Positions 50,345 to 62,545 of a stretch of DNA of 64,000 nucleotides are shown here, piece by piece. The notes under the pieces were generated by a model, which worked only from the letters and a program-made list of their open reading frames with translations, was not told where the DNA came from and ran no database searches. The translations under genes and the position numbers were made by a program. Numbering within the stretch: position 1 is the stretch's first letter; every line of letters starts with the position of its first letter. The DNA is from Leucoraja erinacea (lineage: Eukaryota). The stretch covers positions 26,412,001 to 26,476,000 of the forward strand of contig NC_073390.1 of NCBI RefSeq assembly GCF_028641065.1. Direction: 5' to 3'.

Positions 50345-50665
50345 TAGTTGATTAAAGCTGCTCACTCATGACACCAAAGACTCAGTTCAATCTGGACCTC
50401 CGATGCTGTGTGTAGAGTTTGCATATCCTCCCTGTGACCAAGTGGGTCTCTTCCAGATGCTTCCGTTTTCTCCCTTATCTCAAAAATGTACAGATTTGCG
50501 CGTTAATTGGTCTCCATAACTTGTCCCTACTGTGTAGGTTAGTGGTGGAACCTTGGGAAGTTGATAGGAATGTTGGGAGATTAAAATGGAACAAGTGTAA
50601 ATGAGCACCATGTGGTCAGCATGCATTCAGTGTGAAGAACGGTCTGTTCCTGTGTATGATTCTAT
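50345..50665 (+). mobile_element. Decayed HE1-like SINE (another at ~46585-46870)
   Basis: GAGTTTGCATATCCTCCCTGTGACC central domain. Confidence 0.6.
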
Positions 50666-50977
50666 AACACAAGACTTTTATACATTCGGATAGAGATCGG
50701 CTTCAGAAATGGGCGGAGAAATGGCAGATGGAGTTTAATCCAAGCAAGTGTGAGGTCTTGCACATTAGGTGATTGAATGTAATGGGAGTGTATACAGTTA
50801 ATGGCAAGACCATCGATGGTAACAGCATCGATGTGCAGAGAGATCTTGTAGTTTAAGTTCATAGCTCACTGAAGTTGACAGCACAAGCAGATAGGGTGGT
50901 AAAGAAAGCATATGGTATGCTTACTTTCATTGCTAGGGACATTGCAAGAGTCAGGAAGTCATGATGCAGCTCTGTAA

Positions 50978-51110
50978 AGCCCCTGTCCCACTTTCACAAC
51001 CTAATTGGCGACCTCTGCCGAGTTTGCCCTTGACTCATACTTGCAGCATGGTCGCCATGAGGTCGTAGGAGATCTTTGTAACTCTTTCTCATGCTCGTGA
51101 GCGGTCTCCA
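50978..51110. mobile_element. Left end of Harbinger-type MITE inserted in CR1
   Basis: TAA-AGCCCCTGTCCCACTTTCACAACCTAATTGGCGACC. Confidence 0.7.
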
Positions 51111-51163
51111 CGTAACATAATGTGGAAAAAGTGAAGGGACCTGAATACTTTCTGAATGCACTG
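51111..51163 (+). mobile_element. Tc1 transposon terminal inverted repeat fragment
   Basis: AATGTGGAAAAAGTGAAGGGACCTGAATACTTTCTGAATGCACTG followed by TA; resembles the recalled fish/amphibian Tc1 TIR CAGTGCATTCGGAAAGTATTCAGACCCC. Confidence 0.75.
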
Positions 51164-51739
51164 TATATCCTTGCTTAGATAGCTCAACCAAAACTGTATC
51201 AATATTCCTTTTGGGGTCATGCCAGTGCTTTAAATTGTGGGACTTAACAGGGTAGATGCAGGGAGGGTGCTGCCCCTTGTCAGACTCTCTTGAATCAGAG
51301 GGTCATCATCTCAAATAATATAGAGATGAGAAGAACTTTAGTTGCCCAGTAAATGGTGAACATTTGGAATTGTCCAGCCAAGACGCTTGGGGAAAGCATA
51401 TATTCAGGACAGGTTTTTAGTTATTAAACAAATCGAGTTTGGTGCGGTAAATGCTGGAAAGAGATGCTGTGGTCTAAAACAGCCATGATCTCACGGAATG
51501 ACAAAGCAGTCATGAGGGGCCAAATGGCCTCTGTCTGTACTATCATGTGTTCTTTTGCAATAATAAACATTGTTTCACTTGAATTAATTTGATGCATTTA
51601 AGGATTGTCACGCAAGCCGAAGAGGGCGAGAGGCATGTGAGGTTATAATGGTGGTTGGAAGTGGTAGGTTAGGGGTGGTGTCGGGGTGTTGTGAAGATGG
51701 AATAAAAGGCTGGCATTTAGTTGGGATGAATGTGCTGAG

Positions 51740-52740
51740 CATCCGATATAGTTCCTTAATTAATCAATTGTTCCATTACTGTTGACTGCCAGATGGTAAA
51801 AAGTAAACAATGGTCTTTGTTTTTAATCATCTTTAATTCCTTTGATGCTGTGGAACTGTTAACCTAATTTAAGTAAATAATGATTAAAGTGGCTGATATA
51901 TTCTATTAACAAACTTGACCTAGAGGTTCCATTAGCAAGTGATTACTGTCGGCGCCTATTTTTTAAAACAGCAATAATTAAAACTTGCACTGAGATTAAG
52001 GGGCTCACTTAAACTGAACACTTCCCAACACCCCATCAAAACTTCCCAGGACCAATACTAATTGTAAAAGTTACATGAACAATTAATTACTTCGAACTTG
52101 ATTAATTTGCTCAGTGAGAACCAGAAAGTGGAAATGTACAGCTCATCTCTGACCTCAGTACAAATAGTGAATTAATAAGGTCAGCATTTTGAGGGAATTA
52201 ATTTGAAAAAGATGTACAGAGATGTACATTTTCATTTTATACATAAGCTGCACTCAAATTGCCTGCTCAATGAGGAACTTGTCATAGCTACTAATAAATT
52301 AATTTTGAAAATCGGTATAATTTTATTGCAGAATCCCAGGATTAAAATGCAATGGAAGCAATCTTAATTATCCATGAATTCCAATGGGATTCATTTAAAT
52401 GTGGAGCTGCGGAGATATGATTTGAAAGCCCCTGGAAGCGTTTCCTGGTGCCTAGGCATCACTACGAATGTATCAAACAATATAACTACCTGCCTGATTT
52501 AATTTTTCTATTAAATTACAAAGTGAGCAACAATGCGATGAAACAGCAACACAGTAGAAACAAAATATTCATTGCTTTCCCTGAAAATGACCAAAAATAC
52601 ATTCAATTCATTGGCATAAACCATCAAGGAACTGACCTTCGCCAACCAGAATGAATGGTTTGGAGTGAGTGGCTCTAAACTGCCATAATAAATTTCTGTA
52701 ATTATTGCAATTGGACAGGTGTCAGAAGTATATTATTCAT
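51740..52740. promoter_or_regulatory. Candidate conserved intronic enhancer block
   Basis: ~1 kb free of recognisable repeats; many TAATTA/TTAATT, CAGATG (51790), GTAAACAATG (51803), CCTTTGATG (51839). Confidence 0.5.
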
Positions 52741-52869
52741 AGGAATATGAAACTGAATGTCTTTAAAGGGATGGAGACATTCAGAAGGTTGTGTTATTAA
52801 AGAACATTTAATGGTCTGTAAGTCCTTGGAAACACTCTGCAGATAACCCTGCCTATCAACAGCAAGGGA

Positions 52870-53950
52870 AGGTCACGTTTGGTGTTGTGTTCAGTCTGGT
52901 CACCTCATTAAAGTAAGGATGTAGAGGTTTTTGGAGTGGGTGCAGAAGAGGTTTACCAGAATGCTGTCTAGATTAGAAGGTATTAGCTAAAAGGAGAGAT
53001 TGAAAAACATTGGATTGTTTTCTCCGGAGCGTCAGAGGTCGATGGGAGATCTGATAGAAATGTATACATTTATGAGAGGCATAGATGTGGTAGACAATCA
53101 GAACTTTTTTCACAGGGTGGAAATGTCAAAGTCTAGAGGGAAAGTAAGAGGGGCAAAGTTTAAAGGTGTGGGGGGCAAGTCTTTTTCACAGAGCGGTGGC
53201 TGCCTGGAATAGATTACCATGGGTAGTGCTGGAGGCAGATACAATAGTGATATTTACAGTAAGAGGTTTTTTGAAAGGCAAATGGATATGCAGGGAATGG
53301 AGGGACTTTAACTCACCTTCCAATTCCCATACTGAAACTTTCTGGCAATTTGGAGGAGGCCCAGGACAGAGGAAATTGGAGGAACAGCACCTCACATTTT
53401 GCTTGGGCAGCTTACACCTCAGTAGTATTATTATTGCATTGAGATTGAGATAGATTTTATTGTCACATGTGACAAGTCAGATGCATAGTTTTGTATACCT
53501 TGGCATACAAAGAGTCGCCACATAGAGGCAACCTCAAGTAATCCTTCCTTTCCCTTTCTCTCGGTCCCTCCCCCGTCCTAGTTTTCCAACTACTTTTATT
53601 GTCCTGATTAATTTTAATATTTGTGAGCCTCGTTGTCACCTTCCCCACAGCCAACAACGGACCATTCTATATTTCCTTGAACATCATCTGCTTTGATCTA
53701 TCCTTTTCACACCTTACATTCTCTTTGCACCCTTTCATATCTCTAGTTTCACTCTCTCCTGACTCTCTCTCAGTCTAGTCTCGATCTGAAACGTCACCCA
53801 TTCCTTCTCCAGAGATACTGCCTGTTACGCTGAGTTACTCCAGCATTTTGTATCTATCTTCGGAAGGATATGGACATGTGTAAGCAGAGGAGATTAATTT
53901 AACATTATTGTGTTCAGTGTGGACATTGTGGGGCTGAAGGGCCTGCTCTT
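52870..53950 (+). mobile_element. CR1 3' fragment interrupted by a Penelope fragment (53305-53862) that itself contains a Rex-type tail
   Basis: GLFSPERQR..GDLIEMY (CR1); FNSPSNSHT..RKLEEQHLTFCLGSL (Penelope endonuclease C-terminus). Confidence 0.75.
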
Positions 53951-54929
53951 GAGCACAACTTCAGCCATGTTTACAGCTGTTCCATCATGCAAACATATCA
54001 CTCCCTCCCACTCACTTGCACACGCACGCACACACACAAACACACAAACACACATAGCACATACCTATCAACATTTTTTTTACCATTTCTTACGAAGGCA
54101 GCCCATGATCTCTGACTGCACAAGTAGATTGGAAGGGTGGGTATGGAGATTGGGAGGGGGCTGGTGGGTTCAACTTTGACTGAAGTTGTCCAAGGAGTGT
54201 TTGGTCTAGTGGTTGGCATCTGTAGAGTCAGTGGTGCATTGGAGCTCATTGAGGAAGGTGGTCGGATCATGTCCAATGATCCTTCTCCCATCATCCCGTG
54301 GTCTCTTCGCAGCATCCAGACCAGCTCTGCCTCTGGAAGTGAAGGTGCAAAACTCAGAGGATGAAGAAGATGGACCATCCTGGCCGGTGTCATCTGTAAA
54401 CCCGTCAGAACTGGTCATTTCAAGTAATTTGAGACAAGTTCTACATGCAGTGAATCACAAGGCATGAATGAACTCATCCAGGCCTATGGGTAGGGCAACA
54501 GGTCCCTAATGGATGTTATACTTCAGATATTATGCAGAAGACTCAGGTGGGTTGCACATCCACTCTGAGCCATCCCCACTATAATGGCCCCAATCCCTCC
54601 TGGATCTTTTGCTAAACATTCCATGTAATGATTTGGTCTTGCAGCTGGAGACTTCCTTTTCAGTGTTAGACACTTCCACACAGTATAACTCCAAATCTTG
54701 TAGTTACACACCTAGTCTGAACACCTTTTAACTAGTTGCCCACACTATCACCTGCTGACCTCTTCCCAGGTTTTGGGTTCAACTTCTGTAACAGGAGCTG
54801 TATATGCCCTACCTCAGCACTGAACCACTGTCGACTCTGCACTACTGTTTTTTCCCCCTTAACTGTGCACTACTAGGGTTGCTCTACATACTTTCCACAT
54901 TCATGTTCTAGTTTACTTAGAATAACCTA

Positions 54930-55180
54930 TAGGACATGAAGAGGAATTTATTTAGTTAGAGGGTGGTGAATCTATGGCATTATTTGCCACAGAAGGCTGT
55001 GGAGGCCAAGTCAATTGATATTTTTAAGGCAGAGATAGATAGATTCTTAATTACTATGGGTGTCAGGGGTTTTGTGGGAGAATGGGGTTAGGAGGGAGAG
55101 ATAGATTAGCCAGGATTGAATGGTGGTGTTGATTAGGCCAAATGGCGGAATTCTGCTCCTATCACTTATGACCTTATGAT
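54930..55180 (+). mobile_element. CR1 3' fragment
   Basis: GAGGGTGGTGAATCTATGG..TGCCACAGAAGGCTGTGGAGGCC..CTTATGACCTTATGA. Confidence 0.75.
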
Positions 55181-55574
55181 AGTTCATGGTATATTTATTT
55201 TTGTTGTTGTTGCCTCTCATGTGTCTGTAAAATTGCAGTGAATAGCTGGTACTTGGATAGGAAAGGTTTGGTGGGATATGGGACAAATGCGAGCTTGGTC
55301 GGCATGAGTAAGTTGGGCTGATGTTTGGTGTGTGGGGGGGGGGGGGGGTACGCTGGCAGTTGAGAAGGGTGTCGTCGAGATCGAGAAGAAGACCAGCGAT
55401 CGAAGAAGGGGGCGAGGTCTAGGGCGGGCAATGGTGGTCGAGGTCACGGGCGCCGACGGTCGAGGATGGGATGGCGGAGGGTGTTCTGACAGTCTCGCAT
55501 CCAAAACATGAGTTCGCTCGTCCTTGACCTCAGCTTTTGTGTACATTTTTAATTTTTACTCCCGTAAAATTGAC

Positions 55575-56065
55575 CACTGGGCGGCGCCAGCTATGGCTGC
55601 CTTGCCAACAGTCTGTCTGTCCCTTCCTTCTTTTTGTTTTAATAGTATGTCTTAAATGTATGTTTTTAGTGTTCTTTAGCTTGTTTTATGTGGGGGGTTG
55701 GGGGAAACTTTTTCGAATCCCTTACCTCGTTGTAGATGCAATTTTTTTTCCTGTATCGTATATCCGTCCGCACTGCGACCTACCATCGAGCAGTTGGCGG
55801 CCTTTGTTGCAGACCACCTTTCCAGAGCTCCACCTTGGGGAGCCTACGGTAATTTAACATCGCAGAGCTCGTGATTACTTTGCCAGGGATCAACCTCGGA
55901 GCTCCAACTGTGGGTGCTTGCGGACTTAACATCACAGAGCTTGCGGTCCTTGGTCAGAGACCGACTTCGGGAACTCCAAGCCGCAGGATCTTCGACCGCC
56001 CTGACCTGAGCGTTACGGTCGCCCCGACGCGGGAGCTTCAATCGCCCCGACGGATGGTTCGAACC
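55575..56065. mobile_element. Unclassified CpG-rich repeat with internal GGAGCT subrepeats
   Basis: GGCGGCGCCAGCTATGGCTGCC start; TTAACATC(G/A)CAGAGCT repeated; similar to the arms of the palindrome at 59253-59830. Confidence 0.5.
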
Positions 56066-56084
56066 GAGCCCAACACCTCCACTC

Positions 56085-56402
56085 AGTTCGCAATAACCAA
56101 CCTGATCTCCCGGTGGCACAGCACTTCAACTCCCACTCCCATTCTGAATCCGACCTTTCTGGCCTGGGCCTCCTCCATGGCCCGAGTGAGGCCCACCGTA
56201 AATTGGAGGAGCAGCACCTCATATTTTGCTTGGGCAGTTTACACCCCAGCGGTATGAACATTGACTTCTCCAATTATAGGTAGTCCCTGCTTTCTCCTCC
56301 CTTTCCCAGCTCTCCCTCAGCCCACTGTCTCCGCCTCTTCCTTTCTACTTCCCGCCCCCCCCCACACCTTCACATCAGTCTGAAGAAGGGTCTGGACCCG
56401 AA
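56085..56402 (+). mobile_element. Penelope-like element, GIY-YIG endonuclease C-terminus plus terminal repeat
   Basis: Frame reads NQPDLPVAQHFNSHSHSESDL..RKLEEQHLIFCLGSLHPSGMNIDFSN; ends CTGAAGAAGGGTCTGGACCCGAA. Confidence 0.85.
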
Positions 56403-56831
56403 TGGTCGCCAATGACTCTGACCTTCCTTCCATCGAGGGGATTTATCGCAGTCGCTGCCTCAAAAAGGCTGGCAGTATCATCAAAGACCCACACCATCCT
56501 GGCCACACATTCATCTCCTTGCTACCTTCAGGTAGAAGGCACAGGAGCCTGACGACTGCAACAACCAGGTTCAGGAATAGCTACTTCCCCAAAGCCATCA
56601 GGCTATTAAACCTGGTTCGGACAAAACAAAACTCTGATTATTAATAACCCATTAACTGTTATTTGCACTTTATCAGTTTATTTATTCATGTGTGTATATA
56701 TTTATATTATGGTATATGACACACTTATCTGTTTTGTAGTAAATGCCTACTATGTTCTGCGTGCTGAAGCAAAGCAAGAATGTCATTGTCCTATACAGGG
56801 ACACATGACAATAAACTCACTTGAACTTGAA
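56403..56831 (+). mobile_element. Rex1/Babar LINE 3' fragment inserted into the Penelope terminus
   Basis: LPSIEGIYRSRCLKKAGSIIKDPHHPGHTFISLLPSGRR..TTRFRNSYFPKAIRLLN; CAATAAA..(CTTGAA)2 tail. Confidence 0.88.
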
Positions 56832-57389
56832 CCATAGTTGCTGCCTCATCCGTTGAATTTCTCCTTCATTTTTGTCGTCCTCTGGATAAATTATATCTTG
56901 GCTTGGTCCTTCTGATCTTTTTCACAAATTAAAATCTCCCGCCTGTCTGTGTCCTGCTGACTGAGCAACAAGATACAGGTGCAATACAAAGTCTGAAAGG
57001 TGGTATGTCTGACAGGGTGGCGTTCCCTCAGTACTCCACTCCATGTTAGCCTGGGTTATGCACCCTAGAGAGGAATGTACGGAATATCGGAACCGCAGTG
57101 CCTCCTTCAGCAGAGGATAAACCAAGCACACACTTGCTCTGACTGGACAGAAGGAATGGGTGACGCTTTGGGTCGAGACCCTTCTTCTGAAACGTCACCC
57201 ATTCTATCCAGTGATGCTGAGTTACTCCAGCATTTTGTGTCTATCATCGGTGTTAATCATCATCTGTAGTTCCTTCCCACACACATGTTCTCTGGGTTAA
57301 TTTTCCAAGCTGGTTTTGAGCTGGGGAGGACTTGTCATCATCCAAGTGGCCATCAAGGCTTTCTATGAATGTTTGCTGTGGTATAGGCA

Positions 57390-57850
57390 GGAGGAGAGAG
57401 TAGATGACAATAAATGCAGATTTAATTGAAAATGCGCAGGACTCTCTGAACATCACTGATTTGCCAGAACAATTATCTTTGCCAAAATGTAGACACAATC
57501 GATATGTTCTTCGCAGTTGTCATTAAAACAAAATTAGCTTCTCTGTGTTTTCCTCGGCAGCTGCGGTACAGCACTTATTGATTTCAGGCAAATTAACATT
57601 AATTGCTCAGCAAAAACAAACAGTTCAATTGCGCAGGAAATAAATAAATAAAAGATTGTGCTGGCTGAAAGCTCTGTGATTAATTCCTTTGTGCAGATGA
57701 AAAAAAATGTTGGAACAGCCCGCAGCATAATTCCTTGATAGATCGTAAAAATCACATTAAAGCTGCGAAGTTACATGTTTGGAGAGCAGTGAATGCAAGA
57801 ATAAACCTTAAGTAGAGACAGTGAGTGCTGCTTAATGAGAGGGCACCCAG
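57390..57850. promoter_or_regulatory. Candidate conserved non-coding element
   Basis: Repeat-free, retains CpGs; AATCGAT, TTAATTG, TGATTAAT, CAGCTG, CAGATG motifs. Confidence 0.45.
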
Positions 57851-59100
57851 TGACTGATGTTTGTTATTTCCTGCTAACTGGCATGATATGTATACAAGTG
57901 TCTCATTGTGGAGGTGAAGGGTTATCTTGGGATGCTAAATGGTGATAAGACATAATTTTAAATATCAACTCTGCCATACATATTCCATGAAAGAATGAGC
58001 AGAGGAGAAACAGGAGCCTGGCTTCTGAACCGTTGAGATATTATGCTATCCCTCCCTGCAAAGCCACTCCAGTCCATCTGTCATCTCCAAAGCCACCAAT
58101 CCACATGTTTCCCTTTGATCTCTCTGTTCTATTCTTCTCTGTTTCTGTTTCCCCCTCTATTCTGTTTGCTGGTTTTATTTTTCTCCCTCTGCTCTTCTGT
58201 TCCCGACTTCCCTCGCTTGGTGATGTTTACTCCCTGCCCCTTCCCTCCATATTACCCCTCCATATTACCCCACCTATTGCTGATTCTGAAACTGAGCCGT
58301 GCTTTTCTCCCTCTCTGTTTAGAGAATTTAAGTGAGCTCCTTTGCAAAGCGGGAAAGTGGTCTGAGTGAAAAGCAGATTAACAGTGCGGCTTTTTATAAT
58401 TAGAATTTCATTTTGTGCATGCTGTGTGCCTGGCAATCCTCCAGGCTCCAACATTGTTTTTCAATTCTCTCCTTTGACGTGGAGTGAGACAAAGAACACT
58501 GAACCCAGAATTGCCAACTAATGCTGGCTGATGGGCAGGGCAGAAGAATAGGGAATGAAATAGGCTCATTGTGGTGCTCTGGGAATGATTCAGATGCATG
58601 GAAAAGATCAGGCCAACATTTGTCACAGCCGATGGGAGGTAAGGCGGACTGCTTGGCTCAATTGGTGGCACTCTTGCTTCGAAACACAAAGAAATCTAAC
58701 AGTTTTCCCTCCATTAACCCTCCTTGTTAATATTGAATTTCTTCCCTGATTTGTAACTGAAAATGCAGCAATGAGATTTCTCATATTGCTGCTGGCATTC
58801 TAGGATTGCTCTGAATTCTCAGGGACTTAAAGACTCTATTATATATAGGAAGGATTAAGAGGAGATAATGTGGGCAAGGGGGGACCAGCCCAGAATATCA
58901 ACTTGGTCGACACAGACAAGGTGGGCTAAGAGCCTGTTTCCGTGCTGCACAGCCCCTTGACTCTTTGACTAACTCTGGGCACTGCCTTGTGAATCATGAG
59001 TATTCATGAGTATTTTTTTAAATTAGGGTAATTAAAAAAATATTTGAACATATTTCTTTCATAGCCATTTCAGTATTGGTGCTCCTGGGATTAGAGTGTA

Positions 59101-59957
59101 CAGGTGCACAACCTTTTATCCGAAATTCCGGAAACCGGAAAGCTCCGAAAACCGGGCATTTTGTTCCAGGATGTCGCCTGCACACCAAAGCTCGCGTTTG
59201 GCGCCAAACGTGACCCGAAACGACCCACGGTCAACCCAGGTCTATACTACTGTAGCGGCTGCCACCTCCCCGGAGACCGGGGAGACACTTAAACATCTGT
59301 AAATCATTGCTTAAATGTTAGTCAGTTAGTTTGGAGGGCTTTTATGTGGTGAAGGTGGGTGAAGGGGGAAACTTTCATTCTTAGTCCCCTACCTGGTCGG
59401 AGAGGCGCAGAGCGGGTAATGCCTTACCGGGTCGCCGTGCCGTAAGCTCCGGAGCGCTGTGGCCGCCGACTCCCAACATCGCGGAGCTGGAGCAGGGGCT
59501 GCGGGCGTCCGGCCGCGGGCGGCGCCGGTTGTAGCTCTGACCCCGGCAACTCTACCCCTCGCTGCGCGGCGCTCCAAATCCAGCGCCGCCCGCGGCCGGA
59601 CGCCCGCAGCCCCAGCTCCGCGATGTTGGGAGTCGGTGGCCACAGCGTTCCGGAGCTTACGGCACGGCAACCTGGAAAGGCATTGCCTGCTCCCCGCCTC
59701 TCCGACCAGGTAAGGGACTAAGAATTAAAGGTTTCCCCTTCACCACATAAAAGCCCTCCAAACTAACTGACTAACATTTAAGCAATGATTTATAATGATT
59801 CCCCGGTCTCCGGGGAGGAGGCAGCCGCTCCAGACTTTCCAAGCTGCCCGCTACCTACCTAATCTACGCTAAAAATCTTCCATTCCGACATCCGAAAAAT
59901 TCCAAAATCCGAGAAGTGTCTGGTCCCAAGGCTTTCGGATAAAAGGTTGTGCACCTG
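59101..59957. mobile_element. pogo/Tc1-mariner MITE with large internal palindrome
   Basis: 25-bp perfect TIR CAGGTGCACAACCTTTTATCCGAAA, TA duplication on both sides, inserted into a CR1 (GGATTAGAGTG-TA-TTAGCTA). Confidence 0.92.
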
Positions 59958-59959
59958 TA

Positions 59960-60270
59960 TTAGCTAGAAGAAGAGATTGGATAGACTTGGATTGTTTTCT
60001 CTGCTGCATCAGAGGTTGAGGGGAGATCTAGTTATAATTATGTCTAGTTATAATCTAGTTATACAATTATGAGAGGTGTGAATAGGGTAGACAGCCATCA
60101 CCTTTTGGAAATGTCAAAGATTAGAGGGCATAACTTTAAGATCGGGCACATGTATATGCAGGAATGGAGGGATCTGGATCATGCATAAGACTAGAAATTA
60201 ATATGGTATTACGTTCAACACAAGCATTGCAAGCCAAAGTGTTTTGTTCCTGTGCTGTAGTGTTCTATGA
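59960..60270 (+). mobile_element. CR1 3' fragment (host of the MITE)
   Basis: GATTGGATAGACTTGGATTGTTTTCTCTG..GAGGGGAGATCT. Confidence 0.7.
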
Positions 60271-60639
60271 ACTATATATTATTGTGAAGGTAGGTGGAAG
60301 AGAACACCTCATGTGCATTGTCACGAACCCTGATTACAGCACATGTAACAACAGCTTCCATTGATAAAGTGTGTTTAATAACTCAGAGAAATTTGGAGAG
60401 TTTCCAGCTTTGCCTTCCAATCAAGACTTCACAGAGTTTGCAAACACAGCAAATACTGTTTGCTTTTATGAAATCATTTTTCAGGATTGAGGGCTTATTT
60501 GCAAAGCCATAATTTATCAACCAGGTAGAACTGTCTTTGAGAAGGTGGCAGTGAGCCATCACTTTAAACCACTGCAGTCCTTCTGATGAAGGTGCAAGAG
60601 ATTCTGAGGGATAGGATCCGGCAGTATTTGAAAAGGCAA

Positions 60640-61705
60640 GAACTGATTAGAAATGGTCTGCATGGGTGTGTGCATAAGAAGTCGGGTTGCACGAATCTGA
60701 TATAGTTCATCAAGAGAGTAGATGTGGGCATGGCATTAGACATTACCTATGTGTACTTTAACAAGGCCGCTGACATGGTCCCGTATAGTAGACCAGTTGG
60801 GAAGGTTAGATCACATGAGATCCTGGGTGTGCCAGCCAACTAAGCCAAATTAGCTTAGTTGAAGGAGTCAGAGGATGGTACAGGTTGTTTTGATTGGTAG
60901 CTTGTAACCTGCTAGTGCCGCAGGCATTGATGCTGAGTCTCCTGTTGTTTATCATCTATGTTCAAAAAATTGGATGACAATATAATTATTGTGGTTGGGT
61001 AATTTGTAGCTGACTGCAAAATTGGTGGTATATGGGACGGTGAGGAGGCTATCTAAGTTTACGAAAGAATCTGGATCAACCCGGGAAGTGGGCTAAAAAG
61101 TGGCAGGTGGAATGTAACCCTGATAAGTGTGAGCTGATGCATTTTGGTAAGTCAAACCAGAGCTGGACTTCAATAGTATGTGGTTGGGTTCTGGAAAGTG
61201 TTGAGAGTAAAGAGACTGAAGGGTATGGTCCAGAACTTGACAAGGTTGAGAAGAAGATGTTTGGCATGCTTACCTTTATTGGTGTGGGTATTGAGTACAG
61301 AAGTTGGGATGTCGGGCTACAGTCTGTATAAGACATTAAGACATTGGTAAGACCATACGGTATTTGGGGTTTTCTGTGGACTTGTAATTGGTGTGCTATT
61401 GAATGGTATTAAGCTAGAAAGGGTACAGAAAAGAATCAGCAGGATTCCTGTAGTGTAGGATGCTGAGGAATTACTTTATAGCGGTATATAAAATCATCAG
61501 GGGCACAGATAAGGCGAATGGACACCTTGTTGTTTCCTCAGGGTAGAAGAAATCATTTGGACAGGTACATGGGTAGGAAGGGTCAAGAATGATAATAGAT
61601 AAATATAGGCAAATGAAACTAGCAGTTGTAATGAACAGGTTGGTTAGCATGAACAAGTTAGGCTGCAGTGCCTGTTCGTGTGCTGTATGACTCTGTGACT
61701 CTAAT
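60640..61705 (+). mobile_element. Old CR1 RT fragment
   Basis: ORF 61107 NPDKCELMHFG..IEYRSWDV; TGTATGACTCTGTGACTCT tail. Confidence 0.75.
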
Positions 61706-62377
61706 TTTATCTTCATATATCAGCAATGTGTATGCATGGCAGCTTGGATGCTGATTATATTTGCTTTATAACCTTCAGTTCTGTTATCTTCAATGTATTT
61801 TATGTTGCAAGGATCGTTAAATGCTCTCAGAAACATGAGCCGTATCTATTATATTAAATATGACTTAATATATTTATTGGATTTAAATAGTTTTACAGTT
61901 TAATTATAACTGTTTAAGTTTTGGCATAATTGACATATATGGAACATCCATAACAAATAACAATAACGCTTTAAAATGAAATTGTTCATACTATGGAGAA
62001 GCCCAAGTGAGAGCTACAGCTTCTCTTCTACCCTGTGAACTCAGTGAGTGATTGCTAGTGTGTTGCAGGAAGCAGACATTGTACCGGGGTTTCTGCCGAT
62101 GATGGAAGATTTAAAAAAATTATTCAATTTTTATATCTGGGCAACTTTAGCAGTGACAGAATTCCTTGACCAGCCCTAACTCTCCTTGAGAGGTGGTGCT
62201 GAGCTAACATCTCAAACCATTGCATTCCTTCTGGTGAAGGTGCTTCCTCAGCTTAAGGTGCTTAAGATTCCAAGATTTAGACCCAAGTGACTGCCAAGAG
62301 GTGGTGTTCCCAAGCCATTGCTGCCCTTGTTTTTCTTGATGATGAAGTTCAAATATTTTGGAGATGCTATTAAGAGC

Positions 62378-62545
62378 AGAAGATAGACACAAAATGTTGG
62401 AGTAACTCAGCAGGTCAGGCAGCATCTCTGGAGAAAAAGGAATAGGTGACGTTTTGGGTTGAGATCCCTCTTCAGACTGAGATTCAAGGGTGAGGGAAAC
62501 TAGTGATATAATAAGGTGCAGAACAAATGAGAGCGGGTCTGTGTT
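62378..62545 (-). mobile_element. Penelope-like terminus inside an older LINE fragment (~62140-62800)
   Basis: Minus strand TCAGTCTGAAGAGGGATCTCAACCCAAAACGTCACC. Confidence 0.7.

Noticed and set aside
59389-59713. Mirror-image ORFs on opposite strands
   Set aside because: Consequence of the GC-rich internal palindrome of the MITE
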